Part shown: piece by piece, positions 1 through 11,999 of the stretch | Position numbering within the stretch: position 1 is the first letter of the stretch | Layout: every line of letters starts with the position of its first letter | Assembly (NCBI RefSeq): GCF_006345805.1 | Contig: NC_043004.1 | Location: 104,036,001-104,100,000, forward strand | DNA: 64,000 nt | Source of the DNA: Octopus sinensis | Lineage: Eukaryota | Direction of reading: 5' to 3' | Translations under genes and position numbers: made by a program | The notes under the pieces: model-generated | The model's database searches: none | The model's input: only the letters and a program-made list of their open reading frames with translations | What the model was told of the DNA's origin: nothing

Positions 1-140
1 AAGTCAAGTTTATGTTCCCCGTAACATAGCGGTTCGGCATAAAAGACCGATAGAATAAGAACTAACTTTAAAAAAGAAGTACAGAGGTCAATTCATTCGC
101 CTAAAACCCTTCAAGACAGAGCCCCAGCATGGCCGCATGA
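1..140 (+). mobile_element. 3' part of octopus-type SINE family A
   Basis: Matches the 3' half (cataGCGGTTCGGC...GATAGAATAAG...CCAGCATGGCCGCA) of the full copy at 6463-6910. Confidence 0.8.
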
Positions 141-192
141 AAGAAGTATAATAGGAAACACACACACACACATTCACATACACACACACATT

Positions 193-255
<63 letters not shown>

Positions 256-691
256 GTAGGTATGTGACAGGTTGTCTGATTTCCGAACGGAGCGATTTTA
301 ATTCCCAAACCTACAAAACTATTCTATATTACAAGATCATATACGTTTCTACAAGTACCCAACTGCCACGTACTTAAATGCTTTCTATATTAAAGAATCA
401 CTTTTCTCGAGTGGCTCTGCAGAAGCTGAGCACTTAAAGTAGAAACAGCAGTTAGCTGTTGAAAGTGGTGAAATAGCTCTTATTCATTTGCCGTTCGTTA
501 ATTGCTCTGTGTAAGCGTTCAATGATTGGTTGCCGCTAATCAGTAGCCCACCGTAAATAAAATACGGGGTGACAGCGCCAAGTAGCGACATGAATAAATA
601 CAACTTTGTTATTATTGAAGGATGATGGGAATATCATAAGAGGGACCTATCTCATGTGTCAGTCCATAGCTTCTACTCTTCTGGTTTCTGA

Positions 692-1161
692 TGCTGAAGA
701 AGAGATAATCACTCCGAAATGCATGCATCCGGGAGTCTGGTTAGAGAATGCTGTGAGCTGATTCGGTCTATTTACACTTGTCTACGGCTAGGAATTTTCT
801 CCATGGCAAAACACAGTAAATGGCTTTCTAACGGGTTCGAATATACTTCAAGCATATTTGAACAGGTAATATGTTTGTATGAATACACATCACTGCTTAA
901 CTCTGTCACTCCGAACTTTATTTTTGGCAAACCGCTGGATAGCACAAAAAAAGGAAACAAATGTAAAACTCCGATCTGCATTTCCGGTCCCTGCTGCTGA
1001 AGAGGAGATAATCACTCCGAAAAACATGCACCATGCAGTCTGGTTAGTGGGCACTGTGAACTGATTCAGTGTATTTACACTTTTCTGTCTGCAGCAAGGA
1101 TTTTTTTCCATGGCAAAATACAGTGAATGGGTTTCTTACGGGTTCAAATATGCCTCAAGCA
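692..1161. repeat. Diverged direct duplication (~165 bp; copies 692-854 and 995-1161)
   Basis: tgctgaaga(a/g)gagataatcactccgaaa...ccatggcaaaa(c/t)acagt...caagca recurs at ~303-bp spacing. Confidence 0.8.
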
Positions 1162-1275
1162 GTTTTCTTGTCTTTGCAGGCATGAATTGGCCTCTTCTCA
1201 GTCCATACGGCTTATGATGAATAACCCCGTTTTTATGACTTATGATGACTAACCCCGATGAATTGCACGGTGACC

Positions 1276-1472
1276 GGTAATAAAGTCACAGTAATAAATC
1301 ACAATTTTTGCTAGGAAAAAAGTCACAGGAAAAAAGTCACAATTAATTTATGGGATCTGGACAAAACCCTCCTAGGAAAAAAAAAAACCTTCGCCTCCCC
1401 CCGACAAAACCCCTGTGACTTTTTCTCCTCTGATTTTTTTTCCGTGACTTTTTCGTTTGACTTTATTTTACC
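1276..1472. mobile_element. MITE-like element with repeated AAAAAGTCACA subterminal motifs in inverted orientation
   Basis: Left ggtaataaagtcaca..aaaaagtcacagg..aaaaagtcaca; right tgtgacttttt..cgtgacttttt..tgactttattttacc. Confidence 0.55.
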
Positions 1473-2030
1473 TGGATTCGAATTGTACCACAATTCTGAT
1501 AGTGTACTCCGACACCTGAAGGTCTTTGCCGTTGCTCCCATAGATTTTCCGAGATCATTATCGATAATTGAACAGGTAACAAGTTTGTACATATATTATT
1601 GTCTAAGCAAAAGTCGCTCCATTTGAGTTGACAAACAATCAAACGTATTCCAGCCGTGCACATCCTTTGCTTTGTTTTGTTTTTTTCATGTACGTATTGA
1701 GTATCCATTCGGTGCCAAGCCGAAAACCATGTAAACATCTTTGTGCTTCTATGATTTCCTGCGTGGTGTTGTTGTTATTTAACACCATGTTAGCCCTAAA
1801 AGGACAGTTGTTTGTCCCCTCTATGTTTAGCCCCTTGTGAGCAATAAAGAAATAAGATATATCATTAAAAACATTCTGCCCAAGACCATCCCACCTTGTA
1901 TATTTAGGACTATGTGACGTTTCTTTTTGCAAGACAGTTGGGTGAGATATGCTTCCTTTTGGCAACAAGTTGAGCGACAAACTCATTCCAACGAATGATC
2001 GTGTATGTGCGTGAACGTGGTTTATACTTG

Positions 2031-2033
2031 TCT

Positions 2034-2112
<79 letters not shown>

Positions 2113-2117
2113 CCTGC

Positions 2118-2197
<80 letters not shown>

Positions 2198-2337
2198 TTT
2201 TTCCGATCCCTTTTGATCGGAGTTTTACATTTGTTTCCTTTTTTTTTTTCCTTTTTCGTTTTCCATCTTCGAAAAGGAAAGCTCTACATTTGTATCTATC
2301 CCCTCTGTGTTCAGCCCTGTGTGGCCAATAAAGAAAG

Positions 2338-2411
<74 letters not shown>
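2031..2411 (+). repeat. (TCTA)n microsatellite interrupted by a retroelement 3' end
   Basis: TCTA tracts at ~2031-2196 and ~2339-2411. Confidence 0.95.
2197..2340 (+). mobile_element. 5'-truncated 3' end of the Tx1-like LINE family seen at 62.2-63.4 kb
   Basis: gatcccttttgatcg and aaagctctac...cagccct(g/a)tgtgg(c/ct)aataaagaaa match the reverse complement of 62200-62330; flanked by (TCTA)n on both sides. Confidence 0.75.
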
Positions 2412-2412
<1 letters not shown>

Positions 2413-2567
2413 CATATATGTCTATTCCTATCTAGCTAGCTAAACGCGTGTGTGTGTGTGGAAGAAGGGGGAGAGAGTGAGTGTGTTTGTGTGTGGAAGA
2501 AGAGAGAGAGAAAGTGTGTAAGTGAGTGAGTGAGTGAGTGTGTGTATGTATGTTTGTGTGTGCGTGC

Positions 2568-2628
<61 letters not shown>

Positions 2629-2819
2629 TGTGTGTGTACCTGTGGTTTACGAGGCTGTTGACTTTATGATGACCGGCCACCTGCTCTGCGGGAAGGATGT
2701 AAAGAAAAGACATCAAAAGGTGTTTTCAACAAAATGTGTGCGTGTGTGTATGTATGTATGTGAATGTGTGCACGGATGGATGTATGAAGTGGTTATTTCT
2801 CTATTTATCAGTATTCTTT

Positions 2820-3035
2820 TATTCTATTACTTATCTCAGTCATTTGACTGCGGCCATGCTGGAGCACCGCCTCAAAGAGTTTTAGTTAAAGAAATCGAAC
2901 GCAAGACTTATTCTTTGTGAGCCTAGTACTTATTCTATTATTGTCTTTTACCGAACCGCTAAGTTACGGTGACATAAACCCACCAGCATCGGTTGTCAAG
3001 CGATGGCAGGGGACGAACGCAGACACACACACACG

Positions 3036-3075
<40 letters not shown>

Positions 3076-3268
3076 CATATACATAAGCATATATATATAT
3101 TTATACACATATACATGTATGACGGGCTTCTTTCAGTTTCCGTCTACCAAATCCACTCATAAAGCTTTGCTCGGCCCGAGGCTATATGAGAAAATACTAG
3201 CCCAAGGTGTCCTGCAGTGGGACTGAACCCGGAATCATGAGATTTGAAAGCAAGCCTCTTACCACACA
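2820..3268 (-). mobile_element. SINE family A (tRNA-derived head, CORE-like body, internal TA/TG microsatellite)
   Basis: Reverse complement of the 6463-6910 copy. Confidence 0.9.
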
Positions 3269-3274
3269 GTCACA

Positions 3275-3315
<41 letters not shown>

Positions 3316-3449
3316 TATATATATATTATATATATAGGTACAAAAATTCAGGAAGAATACTTGATAACTGTAAGCACCTGTATATGCAGGTTAGTGGTGT
3401 AGGTGATAGGGTATATTTATCAAAAGAAAAACAGGATGCAAAGGGTTTA

Positions 3450-3536
3450 GCGGTACGTATGTTTCTGGCTTTATTGGACAGTTTATATCAATACATAATT
3501 GATGTAACATGTATGTCAATAGCCTTCTTCAGCCGC
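3450..3536 (-). ncRNA. Minimal type I hammerhead ribozyme motif
   Basis: Minus strand: gcgg-CTGAAGA-a-ggct..agcc-a-GAAAC-atac-GTA-ccgc; paralogue at 48559-48647. Confidence 0.7.
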
Positions 3537-3615
3537 GCACAATTACCACACCAAAGACATGTATTACATTATAGAAGGTTTGAGGAGACGTTTGGGAAAA
3601 AGACGAGTTACGTTG

Positions 3616-3656
<41 letters not shown>

Positions 3657-3671
3657 CATACATGTGTGGAT

Positions 3672-3736
<65 letters not shown>

Positions 3737-3892
3737 ATTGGTGTCTAGAAGACCCAAAGAGTGGCAGGCAACGCTAAGTAAGTGCTAGGACAGACCGTAG
3801 TTAAATTCTTGATTCAACAGTGATACAAACGAGGAGTTTAATGTGGGTCTTTGTATTAGCGTGCAAATATATTTTAGACAAAATGAGGTAAC

Positions 3893-4166
3893 AAAGCCAA
3901 GGCTGAGAGGAGTTTTCAGAACATTTACAAGGAAAACGATATAGATATATTCTTACACGTTTTTCTACTTTCATTCTCTTATTTCCCTCTATATTTCCTA
4001 GTTCCTTCTTTTCTATAATAATTCCTTATTTCCAACTCAAACTATTTAACCATCTCACATCGTCACTGATGAAGGGATATCCATAATATCCCAGACACAG
4101 CTGTAAGACTATATCTATATGTTTTTCCTTATAAATATCCTGAAAACTCCTCATGGCCTTGGCTTT
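3893..4166. mobile_element. Penelope-like pseudo-LTR fold-back (arms 3893-3957 / 4102-4166) containing a decayed hammerhead
   Basis: ~65-bp imperfect inverted repeat; spacer has CTGATGA-a-gggatat-ccata-atatccc-a-GAcAC-agct-GTA (4066-4105); (TA)n follows closely. Confidence 0.65.
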
Positions 4167-4180
4167 ATTATTTCATTGGT

Positions 4181-4236
<56 letters not shown>

Positions 4237-4253
4237 TTATATATATATATAGG

Positions 4254-4572
4254 AGGAGCACTCCGTCTTTTTCGACGATGCGAGGCCTAGCTGATACGAT
4301 CAACAGAACAGCTAGCTCGTGAAATTAATGTGCAAGTGGCTAGGCACTCAACAGACACGTGTACCCTTAACATAGTTCTCAGGGAGATTCAGCGTGACAC
4401 AGAACAAGGCCGGCCCTTTGAAATACAGGTAGAACTCATTTTTACCAGCTGAGTGAACTGGAGCAACGTGAAATAAAGTGTCTTGCTGAAGGACAGAACG
4501 CGTCACCAGGAATTGAACTAACGACCTTACGATCGTGAGTGGAATGCCCTAAACACTAAACCACGCGCCTTC
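4254..4572 (-). mobile_element. SINE family D (tRNA head + CORE-like domain)
   Basis: Minus strand has ggcgcgtggtttagtg head and ..cagcaagacactttatttcacgttgctccagttcactcagctgg; related to 42670-42925 and 44108-44535. Confidence 0.8.
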
Positions 4573-4612
<40 letters not shown>

Positions 4613-4643
4613 CAAAATAAGCAACAAGAATGACTCCGGTATT

Positions 4644-4729
4644 TTGGTACGATCGTTTCGTACTATATCATTTTATTAAATGTTGTAAGTATTACAACAG
4701 TTTTAAAATGCTGAGCACTCATCAGCCAA
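4644..4729 (-). ncRNA. Type I hammerhead ribozyme, core intact
   Basis: ttgg-CTGATGA-gtgct..agtac-GAAAC-gatc-GTA-ccaa on the minus strand. Confidence 0.8.
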
Positions 4730-4931
4730 TTATAGAGGTTTTCCATTAATACAAAAATTTTCATATCCTTACAGTAGTCTGGAACAACTGAATCTTAGTC
4801 AGTCAGTTGATGGGCTCCACTACCTCAAATGTTCTTAAAATTTAAATCCACATCTTTGTCTATGTATCTACCTTCTCTATAATGTTGCCACTTGATATGA
4901 AAATTTTTGTATTAATGGAAAACCTCTGTAA

Positions 4932-5017
4932 TTGGCTGATGAGTGCTCAGCATTTTAAAACTGTTGTGATACTTACAACATTTAATAAAATGATATAGTA
5001 CGAAACGATCGCACCAA
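4932..5017 (+). ncRNA. Type I hammerhead copy with U16.1->C change (likely inactive)
   Basis: ttgg-CTGATGA-gtgct..agtac-GAAAC-gatc-GcA-ccaa. Confidence 0.65.
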
Positions 5018-5148
5018 ATTACCGGAGTGATTCTTGTTGCTATTTTGATTATAATCACCCCACGGATTTTTATGGATAGCACCATACAGAATTCTGGTGC
5101 ATCTAAATTAAGTACCATATTCATTTGAATCTAAATTTTTGCTGAACT

Positions 5149-5199
<51 letters not shown>

Positions 5200-5349
5200 T
5201 ATATATATAATATATTTATATATATATTATATATATATATCATACCTTATCACATGTCGTATGTCCTCAAGAAGCTTTCGTATAAGATCATTCGATGAAT
5301 TCGTATTCCCTTTCGATTGTCTTCTTCAATGCGGGGCCAGAATCGTTGA

Positions 5350-5691
5350 CATCCCAGCACTAAATGGTCTTTATTCATTTCGGACCTCAACTGGACACCA
5401 ACGGCGTTTAGCGAAGCTTATGGCACTGTAGTCAAGAAATTGAAGTCTGGCAATCTTGGAAGCCAAAATTTGGTGTTACGTGACTGTATAGATCAGTGGC
5501 CGGGGAAATGTTTTAAGCAGTTACCCCAAAATATATTCATTTACGCCGATGTTACCAACTTGGTTTGTAAGGAAGAAAATCACAGATTCTTTGAATTCAA
5601 AAGGTTTATTGAATCTATTTATATGAATCTATTTAGACGTCCATTACACTGGACAGACGCAGTGTTGCCAGGAGAAAAATTCCTATCGTAA
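5350..5691 (+). pseudogene. Possible LINE reverse-transcriptase relic
   Basis: Open frame contains IFIYADVTNL, resembling the YADD motif; no other clear motif. Confidence 0.3.
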
Positions 5692-5724
5692 CAAGGAACG
5701 TTTTTTATTTATATAATTTTACTT

Positions 5725-5958
5725 AGGCGTAGGAGTGGCTGTGTGGTAAGTAACTTGCTTACGAACCACATGGTTCCGGGTTCAGTCCCACTGCGTGGTA
5801 CCTTGGGCAAGTGTCTTCTACTATAGCCTCGGGCCGACCAAAGCCTTGTGAGTGGATTTGGTAGACGGAAACTGAAAGAAGCCCGTCGTATATATGTATA
5901 TATATGTGTATGTGTGTGTATATGTTTGTGTGTCTGTGTTTGTCCCACCACACCAACA
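5725..5958 (+). mobile_element. SINE family A, 5' half, running into the assembly gap
   Basis: aggagtggctgtgtggtaag...ttccgggttcagtcccactgcg...gaaagaagcccgtcg. Confidence 0.9.
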
Positions 5959-5959
5959 T

Positions 5960-6059
5960 NNNNNNNNNNNNNNNNNNNNNNNNNNNNNNNNNNNNNNNNN
6001 NNNNNNNNNNNNNNNNNNNNNNNNNNNNNNNNNNNNNNNNNNNNNNNNNNNNNNNNNNN
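5960..6059. other. Assembly gap (100 N)
   Basis: Run of N. Confidence 1.
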
Positions 6060-6139
6060 TACATACATACTACATACATACATACATACATATGTATACA
6101 TATGTAAGTGCACATACACACACACACATATGCTGGAGC

Positions 6140-6461
6140 CATCCCACTTTCAGTGTGGTTCGGTCTCTTTTCTGTGCTGCTTTTGGTGAAGTAGTGAGCT
6201 GGACGGAGCTGCTCTTATTTGCGCACCCTGCCGCGATGTGGGTTCAACTGTTGATGACTTCCAGATCTACGCCTCGCAAATCTCTGAGGCTTTTGTCAGA
6301 ATCGTGAACAGTTGCGGTCCTTTGAAATTGTTACAGTACTCGATCCTTATTCTAGATGGAGAAGACGGGATCTTTGGTACTATGCAGTGTGCCATCAAGC
6401 TCGGTGGTTGGTATAGCTTTCAATTCCAAAGTTGGGAGCTACTCCTTCCAGAATCTTCCAT
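6140..6461 (-). mobile_element. CR1-clade LINE 3' fragment (ORF2 C-terminus, decayed)
   Basis: Minus translation WKILEGVAPNFGIESYTNHRA*..HCIVPKIPSSPSRIR..KGPQLFTILTKSLRDLRGVDL is typical of the post-RT CR1 region. Confidence 0.7.
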
Positions 6462-6462
6462 A

Positions 6463-6625
6463 GGCGCAGGAGTGGCTGTGTGGTAAGTAGCTTGCTTACC
6501 AACCACATGGTACCGGGTTCAGTCCCACTGCGTGGCACCTTGGGCAAGTGTTTTCTGCTATAGCCTCGGGCCGACCAAAGCCTTGTGAGTGGATTTGGTA
6601 GACGGAAACTCAAAAGAAGCCCGTC

Positions 6626-6678
<53 letters not shown>

Positions 6679-6910
6679 TGTGTGTGTGTGTGTGTGTGTG
6701 TGAGTGTGTTTGTCCCCCTAGCATTGCTTGACAACCGATGCTGGTGTGTTTATGTCCCCGTTACCTAGCGTTTCGGCAAAAGAAACCGATAGAATAAGTA
6801 CTGGGCTTACAAAAGAATAAGTCCCGGCGGGGTCGAGTTGCTCGCCTAAAGGCGGTGCTCCAGCATGGCCGCAGTCAAATAACTGAAACAAGTAAAAGAG
6901 TAAAAGAGTA
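6463..6910 (+). mobile_element. SINE family A, full length
   Basis: A/B-box-like head, CORE-like body, (TA)n(TG)n insert, 3' gtaaaaga repeat tail. Confidence 0.92.
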
Positions 6911-7538
6911 TGTATATCACTGCGTGTCTTTCATGCCTTCTCTCTAGGGAATAGAGCTTCGGTTCCATTAGCCGCTCCCAGTAGCTCAAGCGTTTCACCG
7001 AGTCAATATCCTTTGTGGACAAAAGTTCCGCTTTCGGTTTGACTCTCTGCGTTTAAATATGTGTTCGTGAGTTTAAAGCAGTCGGAGTACAATGTGCAAA
7101 GCAAAGTCACTCAGTACAGATTGAGTTTTTTTTCTTTCTTATATTTATTATAATAAACGATATGACTGTGACCTCGAAGTTTCGTCCGTTTGACTTCTCA
7201 AGCAAAACCGACTGGCGGAATTTCGAAAAAAGGTTTCTTGAGCATTTTAAATGCCTAGCAGAATACCCCTTCCCACCCCTATTTCCTTCCTCATCCCTCA
7301 CCCCCCCCCCCCCCCGTACTCGGCCCCTTCCTCCTTCACTGAACGTAGCTGAGAGTGAAGGTGGAGAGGAGAAGAATCGACCCAGGACTGGGCTTCAAGA
7401 TATTTTTTTTTACCAATTCCGGAAGCCTGAAGGACAATCTTGACCTCGGCGAGATTTGAACTCTGTGTTCAGAAAACATGTACGAGTACCGCAAGCATTC
7501 TGTCTGAATCTCTAACCAATATAGACATAGATATATAC

Positions 7539-7602
<64 letters not shown>

Positions 7603-7633
7603 ATATATTATATATATCTATAATATTATATAT

Positions 7634-7685
<52 letters not shown>

Positions 7686-7697
7686 ATAATCTATCTA

Positions 7698-7765
<68 letters not shown>

Positions 7766-7767
7766 TA

Positions 7768-7889
<122 letters not shown>

Positions 7890-8755
7890 CATTGATATAT
7901 GTATGTATGTGCGTGCTTAAAAATATTGCACACACACATGTATGCGCGTGTGCACACACACACACACACACACAACACACACACCACATACACACAGAAA
8001 TACGTGTGTGCGCGTATGAGTCTGTGTGTGCAGTGTCGAAGAAAAAAGTATATATGTATATTTTGAAGGATTGTATAATAATAATTGCATAGGATCGTTC
8101 TTGTGTTGGATACGTAGACTTTGGCTGGAACCCAGCAACATTCGTTGCCAAAAATCTCGGCTTTAGATTACAAACTCAAATATTGCACTACTCCTAACCG
8201 TACAAGTTATTTTTTTTTTCTGTTTATCTGTATGTTTATGTTGTCATATATTTCATTTGTTTATTGTTAGTGTTTGTGTGTGTTTGCTTCGTTTTATTTA
8301 TTTGTGGATCGATTCTCCACACCCTGACAATAAAATTTGGCCTCACCGTCAAACAATAGTCTGTCATCCTTCTCTCTCTCACACACACCCAAAAATTAAT
8401 GTTTTTATACATCTGTTCATTCTTCGCAAAGTAGGGCGATGTTTCGTCATAGATAAAGTTACTGCTGTACTGTAACGATTTATGTATCTTTGCCTACGGT
8501 AGTAGTTTTATGTACAAAACACTTGGGATGGTGTGCGCATCTAGCTGGATTGATTCGACTTCAAGCACAAGAAGATAAATGAAGAAGAGAAGCGAAATGA
8601 TGAAGAGAACGAAAAAGAAAACCAAAGGAAAATGAAGGAGTTTAAGAAAAGGAACTTTTTTTTCTTCTGTAAAGTGTAAAGTTATGTGATATACATGTAT
8701 ATGTGTGTGTATGTGTGTGTGTGTGTGTGTGTATGTGTGTGTGTGTGTGTGTGTG

Positions 8756-8965
8756 TGGAAAAAAGAGGTAACGTAAAACTGAGGGAAACGACGTGTAAAA
8801 ATCTGTATGAGTACGTGTATATGAGTACAGGTGTATATGTGTACAGGTGTATATGTGTACAGGTGTATATGAGTACAGGTGTGTATGTGCGCGCGCATGT
8901 AGTGGCAGATGATAACAGATTTTTACACGTCGCTACTCTTAGTTTTACGTTATCTCTTTTTGCCA
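8756..8965. repeat. ~50-bp inverted repeat enclosing a 16-bp minisatellite (GTGTATATG[A/T]GTACAG)x~4
   Basis: Arms 8756-8806 / 8915-8965; flanked by (TG)n on the left and (CA)n on the right. Confidence 0.75.
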
Positions 8966-9479
8966 CACACACACACACACACACATATACATGCACACAC
9001 ACATACATGCATGCACACACACACAAACACACACATATATACATGCGCACACACGTGTACACACACACAAACATATATATATTGTATTTGTGTATGTACA
9101 TATAAACATATATATATATATATATATATACATATATATGTATGTGTATAAATATACATATATACACATACATATATACACATACATGCATGCGCGCACG
9201 TACATACATACGCGCGCGCACACACACAAGTACTTGGTTAGTACTTTATTTTATCAACTCCGGAAGTATGAAAAGCAGAGTTGTTCTCGGCGGGATTTTA
9301 ACCGGAACGAAAACCACAAGATGTTTTGTTCGACGCACCGCTGATTCGGTTAACCTTCCGCTCTTTCTTAAGAAGCAAAAATAATCTTCAGCCACCCACT
9401 TCGAGGTTAATTTAATAGTTGTAATTAACCTTCACTCGCGCCCTACCCGAGTGGCGTAGCTAGAGTGTGCGTGTGTGTA

Positions 9480-9526
<47 letters not shown>

Positions 9527-9595
9527 CTGTGTGTGTGTGTGTGTGTGTGTATCTGTGTGTGTGTGTATCTGTGTGTGTGTATCTGTGCGTGTGTG

Positions 9596-9649
<54 letters not shown>

Positions 9650-11012
9650 ATCTGGGTTAGCTCTTGAATTTATCGCGACACCACCTCTCGCCACTGCATG
9701 GGCCCTCCAAACTATGCTTCCTTATACAGCGAACCCAAAAGAGCCACCCTCGTTAAAGCGTTGCGCGGGGTAGATCACCTACTCGTCCACCACCCAACGC
9801 GCTACCCCTAGATACGTTACTGTTCGATCTTATAGTTACGGCAGAATCCTAGAAAACGCTCGTCAATTTTACAGTACTCCCGCTGAAGTGGCTGTGAGTT
9901 GTACCTCCCCATAGTACCTATTCTACAGCCGACTAATACTTAGATGTCATGACCTGAGTGTCAGTGACCGGAGAAAACCATCGATCAGGTAGTTGACCGA
10001 ACAACAGACGAAATAATAGATCGCAACAATCAGGGCATTATGCGTACGTGTGTGCATGAGGGCGCGCGCGTACATGTGTGTGGTGCATGTGTTGCTCTGT
10101 GTGTGTGTATGTGCGTATGTGTGTATGTGTTGCTGTGTGTGTGTGTGTGTGTGTATGTGTGAAAGTAGGTGTAGGTATGAAAGTGTGTGTGTGTGTGTGC
10201 TACCTCCGTGTATCTTAGCGCTTATCTGCATGTATAGATGTATGATGAGTTGTGTGTGTGTTGATCTGTGTGAGTGTATATATTGATTTGTATGTATGGT
10301 ATGTATGTATGTATGTATGTATGTATGTATGTATGTATGTATGTATGTATGTATGTATGTATGAATGTATGTATGTATTATGTATGTATGTATGTATTAT
10401 GTTATGTATGTATGTATGTAATTTATGTATGTATGTATGTATTATGTATGTATGTATTATGTATGTAATTTTGTATGTATGTATTATTATGTATGTATGT
10501 ATGTATGTATGTATAATTTGATCTGTGCGTATAAATGTAATGACATTTGTGCCCGAATTTGTGTTTGTGTGGCTGTGTTGATTTGTGTGTATATATGTAC
10601 GGAACCGTTTGTGCGTGTTGCTGTGCATGTGTGTATGAGTTGGTCTGTGTGTATGTATGTTTGTATGAACTTGGGCATGTGTTGATTGATGTATATGTAT
10701 GTGTGTTGTCCATCTGTTCGTGTATATTTGTACATATATATTTTTATTTATTTATTTTAAAGCTTAGTATCAGATATATTCAGATATATATATATATAGT
10801 ATCAGATATAAATAGACCTGATCGAGTAGAGACCTACGACCAAAGACGACGTTCCGGGCATGACCGTCCTATCTTTTTATACATTAGAGTCACGAGTCAT
10901 GAGAAAACTGCAGTTGGCGGCACTTTGTGAATTACCTTCAGATCTTTTAATTAATTAGTAATTAATTAGTAATTTAATAATTAATTCAGATCTTTTCATA
11001 AATTACCTTCAG

Positions 11013-11200
11013 ACCGTTTAGCAGTGCGGTCCACTTGATGATGGTCCATGTCTCATGCGACTCGCTTCTCGAGAAAGTTGGCCAAGTCCTGGATTATTCT
11101 GTCTTTAAGGATGTAGAGTATAATTTGAGAAAGATTTTGATGTTGTTTCTAGCCAGTCGACTAACCACGTTGAAGCCCCCATGTTTGCTTGCAGCATCCG
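11013..11200 (+). CDS. Candidate coding exon of an unidentified gene
   Basis: ttaccttcAG acceptor, open frame (PFSSAVHLMMVHVSCDSLLEKVGQVLDYSVFKDVEYNLRKILMLFLASRLTTLKPPCLLAAS), CCG|gtattt donor in phase 1. Confidence 0.35.
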
Positions 11201-11504
11201 GTATTTGTTCCATAGGTTCAGGAACAGGGGACGAAGCGGGTACAAGTGCAACCCCTAAAATTTTGGGTTACAATGAAAACACTTTGAACATTCTCCAGAA
11301 AAAACTTTATCACCAAAACGGAAAAACATAGAAATATATTTGGACTGATTTGAAACATTACTTCTCCGTCACAGAATATATCTGATTCCATTGCTGTAAA
11401 AATTTGATAATTATTATTATCTGCAAACCTTAGACAAATTTCATTCCGCACTTATTGTTAATTCAGATGTTTAACTTCTTAACATATTATCCCGTTTCGT
11501 TCAG

Positions 11505-11557
11505 AGATGTCTAGTAAATATGTATCGAACGAAAATATACGTTCGCTGTACTTTGAG
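11505..11557 (+). CDS. Candidate 53-nt coding exon (E)MSSKYVSNENIRSLYFE
   Basis: Strong acceptor tcccgtttcgttcAG and donor GAG|gtatgt; phases compatible with 11013-11200 and 11717. Confidence 0.45.
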
Positions 11558-11716
11558 GTATGTCACTTATTTCTAACCCGAAATACTTTGTCCATGATGT
11601 TATTCCCGTTTTCTATCATTAACGATCAGTAACTATCATTTCTATTAGTAACTTCATAATAATAAATTATAACTGGTCCAAAATAATTTGTTGTTCTTAT
11701 TCTTCCTTATATACAG

Positions 11717-11775
11717 ATTCCAAATAAATAATAAAAGAATATGATATTTTTGCATGGAAATTAAAGAATAAATGT
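11717..11775 (+). CDS. Candidate terminal exon (IPNK*) with AATAAA
   Basis: tcttccttatatacAG acceptor; stop at 11729-11731; several AATAAA nearby. Confidence 0.3.
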
Positions 11776-11999
11776 GTGTCAAGAGGTTAAGAACTGGACT
11801 TTATAATTCATGATGTCTTGTAATTCTGAATTCAAGTGTTGGTAGAGTTTTTAACTTTGTATTTTATGGTCTTTTAAGGATTTTAAGCGTTATTTTCTTG
11901 GTTACTACACATGAAACTTCATTCAATTTAATACTACCATTTAGTACTATTCACTACAAGCTCCAGTCCTAGTTACAGAATGGTGACTTGTGTGGTCAT

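Larger units (their letters stand above)
4612..5048. mobile_element. Fold-back element: 155-bp inverted arms (4612-4767 / 4894-5048), each carrying a hammerhead motif
   Basis: Arms are near-perfect reverse complements; left end abuts (TA)n. Confidence 0.8.
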
